Assembly: GCA_024679065.1 (NCBI GenBank)
Contig: JAGIQG010000004.1
Coordinates: forward strand, 32,550,001 to 32,614,000
Direction: 5' to 3'
Length of the DNA stretch: 64,000 bases
Source: Sphyrna mokarran
Taxonomy: Eukaryota
Numbering within the stretch: position 1 is the stretch's first letter; every line of letters begins with the position of its first letter. The position numbers were made by a program, and so were the translations under genes. Shown one piece after another: positions 50,401 to 61,900 of this stretch. The notes under the pieces are model-generated. The model did no database searches. It worked only from the letters and a program-made list of their open reading frames with translations, and had not been told where the DNA came from.

Positions 50401-50997
50401 CCACACCCACAATGCTCTTGGGCTGCAACTGGAAGGCTACATCCATTTTGCTGGCTGTCAGTGAAATGCCAATGGCCTGGTAAAATAACCCTTAATAGGG
50501 CCTAGGCATATTTAAATTGGTTATCTGTGGGCAGCACAATCCTGTTTCCACCTTCCCTGACAATGGAACACGATAAGGAAGCTGATCCACCATGGCTCCC
50601 TACAATTTAACTGACTTTCAACTGCTAATACCTTCCCCCCCCACCACACCACCTTCCCTTCCGTACCCCCAAGCCACCCCTACTCCCCCCCAGCCTTGTT
50701 CCTCCCTCAAGAAGGCTCATATAATTCTGCCCTTTAACTCTGTTTCTGTCTCTACAGATGCCGCTGACCTGTTGAGCATTTCCCAGCGTTTTCTGTTTTT
50801 AATTTACCAGATTGATAGCAAGGATGAAGAATTGTAGTTTTGTGGAGAGACTGGAGAAGCTGGGAGCATTCTTTGGCGGTTAGAGAACGGTAATAGCGGA
50901 CTTGATAAAGGTGTTCAAAACCATAAGCGGTTTTAATGGAGTTATGAGGCAGGGAAAGGTCAGCAATCAGAATATTAACACATTAGCTGCTGAATTT

Positions 50998-51270
50998 TGG
51001 TGGCACAGTGGTTAGCACTGCTGCCTCACCGAGCTAGGGATCCAGGTTCGATTCCCGATTTGTGCCACTGTCTGTGCAGAGTCTGAACATTCTCCCTGGG
51101 TCTGCGTGGGTTTCCTCCCACAATCCGAAAGATGTGCTGATTAGGTGCATTGGCCATGCTAACCTCTCCCTCAGTGTACCTGAAAAGGCAGTACAGTGTG
51201 GTGATTAGGGGATTTTCACAGTAACTTCATCGTTAATGTAAACCTATTTGTGACACTAATAAATAAATTT
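50998..51270 (+). mobile_element. V-SINE type B
   Basis: Head, V-domain, GGGGATTTTCACAGTAACTTCAT...TGTGACACTAATAAATAAA. Confidence 0.88.
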
Positions 51271-51534
51271 TTTAAAAAATGTATATACAGGACATCATGG
51301 AGCAGACATCACATTTTGGCTTAGATACAAAAATAAAATAATTATGGTTATGCTGTAAATAGCAGGCACAGTTCAGATCACAATTACTCAAATTTACCTA
51401 CTTAGAGAAATTTCTTTAGAGGAACAGGTAAAGAGCTAAATATCCCAAACATACTGCTAACCCCAGACTCCAAGGCCTATGGTCCAGGATTAACATTTCT
51501 CTCTGCACTATTTGTTGTGAATTTTAAAATGTCA

Positions 51535-51735
51535 CCACAGTTCCAGAGGATCATAGGCTGCTCTGCTCTTCGAGAGGGAGAGCTGCTTTAGGGAGATTTA
51601 ACCTGAGGGTCACCACAACTCAGGTAAGGGCAAGGTTGAGAAGACAGAGCCTTCATGAATATCTTCAGTCAGAATGGGAATTGAATCCACACTGTTGGGC
51701 ATCACTCTCTATGACAAACCATCAACTGAGTTAAT
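51535..51735 (-). mobile_element. Different tRNA-headed SINE-like repeat (no V-domain)
   Basis: GGGAATTGAA (box-B reverse complement) at 51676 and CAACTGAG head; body TTTAACCTGAGGGTCACCAC. Confidence 0.5.
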
Positions 51736-51967
51736 GCAACCTTCTAAAATGCTTGAAAGCAAAGGGTTAACCAAGTCATTCAGTTAGCAATGAGAAGGAT
51801 CTCATTCAAAATTCCATTACAAAAGCCAATCAGGTTTTCAACCTCCAAGTTATTCTTGCCATTTGTGAGAACTTATCCTTTCAGTCACCTCCTTTCTTCA
51901 AACCGAGTAAACTAACATGACTAGTCAATACTGCACAATTGCTTAGGAATTATTGATGGCAATATAA

Positions 51968-52290
51968 TGGGTGGCACAATGGCACAGTGGTCAGCATTGC
52001 TGCCTCACAGAGCCAGAGACCTTGTTTCAATTCCGTGGGTCACTGTCTGTATGGAGTCTGCACATTCTCCCTCTGTCTGCGCGGGTTTCCTGCATGTGCT
52101 CCAGTTTCCTCCCACAACCCAAAGTTGTGCAAATTAAGTTGATTGGCCATGCTAAATTGCCCCTTAGTGTCAGGGGGTTAGTAGGTAAAATAATTAGGGT
52201 TATGGGGCTAGGGCCTAGGTGGGATTGTGGTTGGTGGAGATTTGATAGGACAAATGGCCTCTCTCTACATTGTAGGAATTCTATAATCAA
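51968..52290 (+). mobile_element. V-SINE type A
   Basis: Head, V-domain, GGAATTCTAT tail. Confidence 0.88.
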
Positions 52291-52364
52291 TGATTCAATA
52301 ATTCCAATATTAAAAGTCACATCATTAAATGTGCTTTCACAACACTCCTCTGCCTACTATTTTA

Positions 52365-52452
52365 ATGATGTGGAGATGCCAGCATTGGACTGGGGTAAGC
52401 ACAGTAAGAAGTCTCACAACACCAAGTTAACCTGGTGTTGTGAGACTTTTTA
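52365..52452. mobile_element. Palindromic Penelope-terminus micro-insert
   Basis: TGATGTGGAGATGCCAGCATTGGACTGGGG terminus then hairpin AAGAAGTCTCACAACACCAAGTT/AACCTGGTGTTGTGAGACTTTTT; possible TACTAT duplication. Confidence 0.8.
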
Positions 52453-53254
52453 TGTACTATAATATACAGTGCTAACTGTTGAATATATGGGCTACAGTGG
52501 TTCAAGAAGGCAGGTCACCACCATTCTTCTCTTTGGCAATAAAAATGGTTGCCTAAATAATGATGCCCACATCTCGTGGAAGAATAAATAACAAAGAAAT
52601 ACATAATTATTAGTTTTCGACAAGCAAGGCAGCATGACTGGAGTAAAGAAGTGAGGTCATCTGAGGCAAAGATATGGGGAATTTTAAACCGAGGACAAAA
52701 AGATTTGGAAATAAATTCACTGAGACGCAGTGGTATTGGAACTTGATGTGGCGGGGAATTTGAGAGTTTAGGAATTTAAGGTATCAGAGACAAAAATAGG
52801 GCTGTCACGTTCAGCTTCATGCCTTGTCCAGTAGAGTGCTTTGATTTTTTTTTTGTGTGATAATTGTTACAGAATCATAATCCGTTATTGTCTAATAAAT
52901 TTTTGTAAAAATAAATGTAACCAGAGAAATTATACCCTAAATAGTTTGATATGTTGCTGCAATCTTTAAATCACTAATTATTTCGATTTTGTTGATTCCT
53001 GAATTTGCTGAACTGAGATTTGGACATGTATCTGGTTGGGCAGAGATCACTTCATACAGGATGCTGGTACTCAGTGTATTATCAGAGCCACTGTGAACTG
53101 CAAACTAGTTTGAATTACCTAAAGGAGTCAAGGAGGAGTTTCCCAGACACTGATTTTTTTTTCCCCAAGTTAGCCTGAACTTTTAACCTGCTTTTTCACC
53201 TTTCCATCATTGTTCATGTATTAAAATGAATCAGAGTTGATATGAGCATTGATT

Positions 53255-53530
53255 GATGGCAGCATCTGGACAGTGTCAGGGATTCGGGTTTGATTCCCAG
53301 TCTGGGTCAGTGTCTGTGAGGAATCTGTACATTCTCCCTGTGCCTGCATAAGTTTCCTTCAGGCATTCCAGTTTCCTCCCACAGTCTGCTGGTCAGGTAC
53401 ATTGGCCATGCTAAATTCTCCCTAAGTGTACCCGAACAGGTGCCTGAGTGTGGCGACTAGGGGATTTTCACAGTAACTTCACCGCAATATTAATGTAAGC
53501 CTACTTGTGACACTAATAAATAAACTTTAA
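53255..53530 (+). mobile_element. V-SINE type B
   Basis: V-domain, GTGTGGCGACTAGGGGATTTTCACAGTAACTTC...CCTACTTGTGACACTAATAAATAAACTTTA. Confidence 0.88.
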
Positions 53531-55770
53531 AAGCTTTAGATGATGATTCCAAACTGGCTAGAAGTTCCACCATGCTTTTAATATTAATATTGACTCAAAC
53601 AACAAGATGGCAGTGCTTAGAAAGGAGGCTCTATCTGGATGGGGAAATGGTACCCCTAATATAGTGGTCAGTCATGCTCGAGTGGCACAATTTGCCTCAA
53701 CTTCACTGACTGTAAATCAGGGGTGTCGAATGTATCAGTCATCTGCCTATTACCTCTTTCCACGGACCAGTTCTTCAGCCAGCATCAGGCCTCAGAGAGT
53801 GTGACCTAAGAGATAAGAGTGGCTGTGTTGTACCCATTGCTGGTCAACAGGGGCTTTTGGGCCAGAAGTCATCTGTAAAGGAGCAGAGTGACCCAGCAAA
53901 ACAGGCATTCTCTTTCACCTAATGCTTCTTGGTAATGGAGAGCTAGCAGGATATTAAGGATGACGAAGTATCTGCAAACAGAATGTGACCACCCAGGATC
54001 AGATAGCTTTCTAAAACTACATATTTTTGATTCATCTTCATCCCTCTCAATATATCATTGATGCCTGGTACAGAGGACGCTGCTGAAGAAATGGTCATAA
54101 TATCAGTTTAGGCACAGCGATGGAATGTATCTGTGCTGGGGTGGGAACATGAAGATCTAAGATGCCTCTTTCTATCTTTACCTCTTCTATTCTCTCTGTC
54201 TGTGATGTTGGTGCTGCATTGTAGTGACATGGGTTGTTATATTCCTATGCAATTCTTTCGTGTTGATTCTGCATAAGTACTCATAGCAAATTTCCGTAAG
54301 GACAATAAAGTGCCCTGAATTGAAAATTGAATTGAAATTGTATTTTCTGGCTGCTAGGCCAAATTGTCATATTTTATCCTATGGGCCTTCCTGCTTTAAT
54401 TAATGAATGTAGTAAGTGACTTGCCTCGAGCCAATTCATTCATTAAAATAAGTTGTTTACAGTGCAATTCCAATTAATCTCCTACTTGCTACAATTCCTT
54501 TAAATACTGTACAAGAATCACTGCACTTCACATCCAATGAACTCATTTGAAGGGCAATGGTACATTTTCGAGCAGAGCTAACGTACACTTGTGCAAATGA
54601 GTGTCCTTTCCATGAATAATAAAACCACTGTAAGAAGCTTATAAACGTAAATTCCTTAGAATTTCTCAAATGGTGATCACATTTCATACATTGTTTTCAT
54701 TGATAATTGAAGTTGTTTTTATTACTCTCTTCAGTTCCGTGTGAACCAGAACAGTCTTGCCAATGATTAGCATCACTTTCTGCTTGCAAAATGCTTATTT
54801 GAAAATCGATTTCTGACTTAAGAGTGCCTTAGTTTTACAGGATCAAATTTCTACAGGCGTTCTCTGATTCCATGTCAGAATTTCAGTGGAAGATTGGCCA
54901 AAGAAAAGGTGTGTGTGCTATCCCTTTGGAGTTTAAATGCTATTCCACTAAATGATGGGCAGGAGATTGAGAAAACCTTTGCAGGCATGTTTGGTATAGA
55001 TGTTGAATATTAGAAAGTGTTGTATTGCTGCTATTCTTAGCTTGTGATTTACTATTTGGACAGTAACATTTAACACCTATGACACAAAGTACAACTTAGT
55101 AACAATAAATGAAAAACCTCCTGTTCAGAAGGATCATTAAATGCATCCAGTTATAAGGATGGGCATTTGTACCTTTCATCTCTTGAGTAACTTCTTGCTT
55201 TGTTATTAAAAAAAATGGTTTGCCTTCTTTGTCACTTTTTAATAAATTATCTATAAATTCCTCTTCTAAGCTAAAAAAGATACCTCAACGACTCAATAAC
55301 TTCAGCCTTTGTGATGAAGTCGCTTTTAGTATTAAACATCACTTCAACGTGTGTTAATTTTAGACCCTTAAATTTGTAACTTCTTATTTCACAGAAGAAA
55401 ATGCTTCACTGAGAAAGTAATAAAAAAAAACAGCAGTTTTCTCTTAACCATGTTGTGGCAGTGTCCAACCTGTAATATCATCATGCAGGTAATGGCATAT
55501 TACCTGTTGTGGTCTCCTGTTGCTTTCCTCTGCAAGCTTCTCAATAAAAAGGTCCCAGCTGCAAGACCTTATTCATAATATTAAATATAACAGTGTTTTC
55601 AATCCAGTGCACTAGATAATGTGCTTCAATACTAACCATTTATATTTCATAGTGAAGTTAACAAGGAAACAAAAAGGCAAAATGTAAACAATAAGATATT
55701 ATAAAATAGATGTTGGTATAACACAATTCAAAAGAATGTTCAGAAGATTCTATTCATTAACTTCGTGAAT

Positions 55771-56345
55771 TGTAGAATCACTACTGTGCACATGAAGTCC
55801 ATTCAGTCCATTGAGATTGCACTGACTCTCTATCAGAACATCTTACGTAGGCCCACCCCCTGCCCTATCACTACAATCTCACACATTTATCTGGTAATCC
55901 CAATGGCTACACATTTTGAGATATAGTAAGGGACAATTTAGCATGATCAATCTACCTAAGCTGCACATCTTTGGATGACAGCCATGATGTGGAAATGTCA
56001 GCATTGGACTGGAGCGGGCACAGTAAGAAGTCTCACAAACCAGGTTGAAGTCCAAGTTTATTTGGAATCACGAGTTTTGGAGCACTGCTCCTTCTTCAGT
56101 TGACCCATCTGTGAAAGGAACAGCGCTCCAAAAGCTCGCGATTCCCAATACACTTGTTGGACTTTAACTTGGTATTGTGAGACTTCTCACTGTGCCCATC
56201 TTTGGACTGTGGGAAGAAACCGGAGCAGCTGGGAAAACGCATGCAGACACTGAATGTACAAACTCCACATTGACAGTCACCCAAGACAGGAATTGAACTC
56301 GGGTTCCCGGTGCTGTGAGGCAGTAGTGATAGACACTGTGCTGCC
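55771..56345 (-). mobile_element. V-SINE type A split by a Penelope mini-insert
   Basis: SINE halves flank 55976-56196. Confidence 0.85.
55976..56196. mobile_element. Inverted-dimer Penelope terminal-repeat insert with two decayed hammerheads
   Basis: 10-bp TSD CATCTTTGGA (55966-55975 and 56197-56206); arms of about 85 bp in inverted orientation around 56105. Confidence 0.9.
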
Positions 56346-56849
56346 CTGATATGTTAATATATTAACTCTCAGATTGATACAATTTTCCCATCACTTCAAA
56401 TTGCCTCTCACTGCATCAGGGTACAGTTTGCAAATTCTTAAAACTAGGGCAGTTTTACATTCTGATTTGGAGGTGGAATGGATCCAGGTTGGCATGTAGA
56501 TTCATATCATAGGCTACTGTGCCAACTCACTTGTCACTGTTCTGATTCTTGGCATGTTCGCTTAGAAGAGAGGATTGGCCTCTTTTAAGGAGAAGGGAGG
56601 GTGGGCGACATGGCCATTGGCCAATTCAAATCAATGGCCAATTAAGCTTTTAATGAGCGTGTTGACAGTTCGTTATGAACCAATTTAGAATTTTGTAGGG
56701 GTTGGGCCGCAGAAAAGCAATTGATGGAGTGCAGTCAGCATCCAGTGCGTCACTGATGAAGCAAGTAGAGAATCAGTGCCAGAGAAGGTTGTGCCTATCA
56801 CTGGTAGATTGGTCACTGTGATTTGTGCCATCATCCAAGAAGGCTTCAT

Positions 56850-57690
56850 TCTTCATGGTACTGCAAACTATGTCCTGTGAGCAGCTCTGAAATCTACTGT
56901 GGTCTCAAACATCTTCACTTCTGACTTAGTATCAAATGTTGACAGCAGGTTTTGGAGACATTTCTCAATGGCACCGTACCATTGCAACTCGCAGTTCACT
57001 GATGCCCTATTTGCAAAGTCAGGCAAATACACGTAATTTTAAAGAGATGAGGCCTCACAGGGACAGTGGGCAGTAAAGTTCTGGTCCATCGCAGAATTCC
57101 CACAGATGCAGGGTATCATCAATTGTATTTATGTGGCCATCAATGCACTGAGTGGCCGGCCAGTGAGATCCATTACTAGGAACGGCTTCCATTAGCTAAA
57201 CATTCAGCTGGTCTGCAATCTCAATAGCAGCTTTATGCACGTACAGCTGCCATGGTGCATTCATCTCTGGCAGCTCAGGATTCCATACCTCTTCATTCTC
57301 AGATATAAGGAATATTCCTTGAGATGGAGCCACACGGACACAACAAACAAAGGCATCTGCTCAGGACGAGCATCACTGGGCAGATTGTTAGCCTTCTGAA
57401 AATATCATTTGATTTCCTGAGCCAATAAGATGGTGCTCTGCAGTATACTCCAGGGCTCTCGTGCACCGTGCTGGTCAACCACACTCTCCAGACTATGGCT
57501 CTTGAAGGTGGGGAAACACTAGATTGACACAGCTCATCAGAGAACAAGGTAGATCTGGAAGAAGAGGACAAAGATACAGAGGAGAGCAGTGCTAAGGCTG
57601 GGCAGGAAGATTGCCCAGGTCAATCATAACTCGGATCAGGTTACTGAGAACAATAGAGCACATCTGATTCAGGCAAGTTTCACCTCTGCA
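56850..57690 (+). pseudogene. Harbinger transposase remnant
   Basis: FWSIAEFPQMQGIINCIYVAINAL...TRNGFH*LNIQLVCN...FMHV; GALQYTP; acidic tail. Confidence 0.85.
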
Positions 57691-59129
57691 AAATCAGCCA
57701 ACAAGTCTGCATGCTCTGGAACTCTCTGTGATCTGCTTGCAAAAACATAACCATTCAACACTCAAGCCTGAACAGTGCCATTCTTGCCATCATGGTGCTC
57801 ACCTGTCCAGTGGTTTCAGTGTCCGTGTTCCAGAACCATGCCTTTTCTCCTCCACTTCATCCCTCTTTTCCAGAATTTTCATTAAAGAATGGAAGCTCAC
57901 ACATCTGGGGTCATGGCTTAACATTTACAGTGTTGTTTATTATTCATTGTGCATAATCTGAAGTGAAATAAACCCCAATGACCCAATCAGTGCTCTGACT
58001 GACAGTGCCCCTCACTCTTGGTTACTTCTGCACGGCTCTTTCCTTGTGGCCTCAGTGAGGTGAAGGCAGCCTGCTCCCATGTTGGTGCTTGCGTTTGAGA
58101 CGTCTATGGCAGTGATCCTTGTTGTGGAGGTAAAGGGGCATCTCAAGAACCTGCAGTGCAGGTTTAAATACAAGACAAGATTCTATCAAGATCTGCAGCA
58201 CTGATGATCTCTCAAAGGGATCAAGAAGACTGATGATGAAGCTAGTGACAGCATCATATCAGATAACACCTTCATTCCCATCAATGACCACTTTCACAAT
58301 TGTAATTAGGGATGGGCAATAATTGCTGGCCTAACCAGCAAAGCCCATGTCCCTTGAATGAATAAAACAAATCTCAGCCATGAAGGGAAAGACCAATTAG
58401 GCCATAACTGGAACCCACCCTTTGTGGTCTGACTGATCAATGTGACAGAATGCAGCATGTACTCTGTGCATGTCAGTGAACCATTCTGCACAGTACAACC
58501 ACAGCTAGCTCTTCGTGAGGTTGGTCACTCTCGCAATGAAGGAGTTCATACATTCAAAGCCTTAAGCCTGGATGATGCACATGAGCTAAATGGAGTTTTC
58601 CATTCTCAGCCCATGACTCCGCATCGACCACAAATCTCATGCTGGTCAAAATCGAGTCACCTTGCTTGGAACTCCCAATGGCCCTGCATCTGCTCTCTAT
58701 TAACTATGGTCGTGTCTGTCCTCCATCCTCTAAGGGTGCCTCTGCTGCAGTCACTTCCTCCTGCATACAAGTGATTTGTTCCTCACCCGGTATTACCCTT
58801 TCTAGTCAAGCATGAGGATCCACCAATGTGAATGTATCCACACTGCTGGATGGTGCATTTACTGGCTAGGCCAATTCCATTTTATCTTTGGTCCTCACTG
58901 CTGATTCTGCAGTAATGCTCCCCCTCCTCTGTGGGAGACAAAAGAGGATCGTGAGAACTTACCTCGAATAATACAGGCTCTGCAGGACTGAAGCAATCCC
59001 AGGTAGCTGTGTCTTGGATTTGCTGCTGGACCTCAAAGAATGTAATCCAACTCCCTTTATCATCTACAGAATTCAACTTCTTTTCACCCTCTCCTCAAGC
59101 ATTCACACCCTTCTGTTACTTCTTTGTGT

Positions 59130-59720
59130 GGTGCCATGCTTCTGATATCCACCTCTTCCATTGCAATCAGGGCGGTGAGATGGGGTACATCTCCTGTGTG
59201 AGCCCTCTCTCCTGCAGCTTGCACCCTCTTATAGTAAGGCAATGCTAGCCTCTCCTACCAACAACAATGACCCATTGAAATAGGAAGCTGGATGTATCAG
59301 AACTGCCAGGTACCAACCACACTAGGACTTGGAGCCTTAATCAGGAATTACCCTGGGCACACAATTCTCCCATGTTCAGCAGCATTTCAATCTGCTTAAC
59401 CGGGAGTGCAGAACTGGAGACCTGGAGACTGTTGCACCCACCTTGTGCAGGGAAGAAGGTCATTAAACCTCTTGCAGCCCGGCACCCAGTTTCTCCTTTA
59501 TTTTATAGACATGGTGGCAGCCATTATTGTGGCAGCAGTTCTGCAAACCAATGGGAGGCAGAAGGCAGCTGAAGAGAAGCAGAGGCCTAGCTTCCTGGGC
59601 AGGACCATTCTGCACTCGAAAACTACTGCCACCTCCAGCCAGGCCTCCTTTGCTTAGCTGAGTGGCCTTCTCCTGACACCATCCGGAAACAATACCCCTC
59701 ACTACGCTCTCACTGCCGCT
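59130..59720 (-). pseudogene. Harbinger Myb/SANT partner gene remnant
   Basis: Minus strand VLFPDGVRRRP...KEAWLEVA...FNDLL; second exon ERAHTG..PHLTALIAMEE. Confidence 0.65.
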
Positions 59721-61689
59721 TACATTATCTTACAGGCTGTATCTGTGAACGATGGGATGGCCTTGCCCAGGATGCCAGCTCTCTGCTTCTCCTCCGCTGA
59801 ATTCTGACTTCTATTGAGTTGCAGGATAGCTGCTATAATAATGGCTGCCACCGTGTTATAAATCAGGCCTATATTTTAAACATCCCAAGCTTGTGTGACA
59901 ACTGCTGCTGATTGATCACCAAACCCACTCTCCAGCTAATTAGCTGCTGGTCCCAGTCAAAATTGTGGGTTATGACTAATACACCCTACCTCAAGCATGG
60001 GATTGGTGACAGGGCTCTGATCCCAAATGCAAAATCCTACCTTTAATCTCAGTACAAATAGTGTCAAATTCTGAGCAGGTCCAAACTGCAGAGCAGCACA
60101 CAAGAGGTTGAAGCTGTCAAAATACATTTCTTAGATGACCTTTCACTAGTCACCAGAGGGAGGCTATGTCTCGTGAATATAAAATAGGACTTCTAACAAA
60201 AGGAAAGACTCACATATCCCTCACATAGATTTTCTGTATCTGACACTTCTGGTCAATTTGCGAGAGCATGTGGCGAATGAAAAACAGCCATCAAAAGCAA
60301 CAATTCCAAAGCGGCAGCAGCAGTAGACGTTCTGCTTTGGATATGAATGCTGGGTAATTCACACACCAACACACCACTTATTACTCCGAAATCACAGAAA
60401 AAAAGTGCAGAAAGAGAGAGCATAATCGTCTATCTTGCTGTTAACAAGTGACACAGAAAGTTAGCATTTGAAAGAAATAGTAGTGTCATCGAGTAAGAGC
60501 GAGTTGTATGAAGTCAATGAGGATGATTATCAATGCTTAGACATTTCTACTTTCAACAAGTTGAAAATGAAATTGGGCCACTAGAGGTGAAAGGGCAGTG
60601 CCATCTATTCCATAACTTCTGTTTTGGAAGAATTAAACAGGTGACATATTTCTCCATCTTTAATAGATAGGGTCAGGTCTAATTGCATGCTGTTGGTTTC
60701 TCGCAGCTAATAAAAAGAAAACCACCTACAGTGGGTTTTTTTTTAACCTCCGCATTTAATGCACTTTTTAACCGATCACAAAGAGACATTTAAAAATGAA
60801 TGCACCATTCTCCCTTAAAACTTCTCATCAAGTATTTCACTCGCAGCTATTCTTGCCTCACATTCTTGGGATGTATCATTGTATGACAATATTCCCAGTA
60901 GCAGCCTACTGGCAGTATAGCTCAACAGGCAAGCTAATCTACATATGGCCGCTGGACCTGTTCAGCAGAGTAAGTTACAAAGACAAATTATGGTGTCAGA
61001 AGAAGAGCTCATTAAATTTTTATATCAGATTGTAGCGCTACCCTTGGTTCCCTAAGTGCTCATCCCTCTTGCTACCTCCTGGCTTCAAGCCCTCAGGGCC
61101 TCTGCAGAATTTGAAGGTGGTAAGTACAGCAATGATGACAAATGATGTATGCTTATTCTTACAGAGGCAAGACAAGTACAGCTTTGATTTGTGTCTGTGC
61201 GTGCATGAAATGTAAATCCTTAATCTTTCCAGAACATGGATAAGATAAACAATTAAAATGAACTGCGATGCCACAATTACATTTTCATTTGAAGTAGCAA
61301 TGCCATGAAATGAGTATTCATTTGTTATCTGACTGAATGTGTGTCTATGCATTATTAAAAATCCTTTGTAGGGCACAGACCTCCTGAACACACATCTTAC
61401 TTTGTATCTTTGGTTATGTCAACCTTCCTGGTTGCAAACTGTTACAACAACATTCCCATTTTGTTGTATTCATAGAGTTGCAAGCTCTGGAGGAATTTTC
61501 TTCAGTCTCTCCTCAAACTAGGTCATCATCCTGAGTGTAAAAAGAATTACATTCATCAATTGACCATGGCAGTGCTCTGGATAATTTATTCTTAAAACAA
61601 ACACAGATAATCAAATAAATTATAGCACCGGTGCATTTTATTGCCAGTTTTTCCACTGTAGGCGGCACTATGTTGATTGGGTCCTGGTG

Positions 61690-61900
61690 TTGTAAAGTAG
61701 CAGTGCTAAGCACTGTGCAGGTTAGGTTGATTGGCTTTGCTAAGTTGCCCCTTAGTATTCCAGAATGTTTAGGTTAGGTGGATTAGGGGGCTAAATGTTT
61801 GGCGTTGTGGGGCTAGTTGTGGGGAGTGGGATTGTTGGTGCAGACTCGATGGGCCAAATGGCCTCCTTCTACATTGTAGGGTTTCTGTGATTTCGATGAA
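61690..61900 (+). mobile_element. V-SINE type A 3' half
   Basis: GTGCAGGTTAGGTTGATTGGC...GTGCAGACTCGATGGGCCAAATGGCCTCCTTCT. Confidence 0.8.

Larger units (their letters stand above)
56447..60041. mobile_element. Decayed two-gene PIF/Harbinger transposon (transposase +, Myb/SANT -, convergent)
   Basis: Imperfect TIRs GGGCAGTTTTACATT / AAATGCAAAATCCTACC; both gene remnants visible. Confidence 0.7.
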
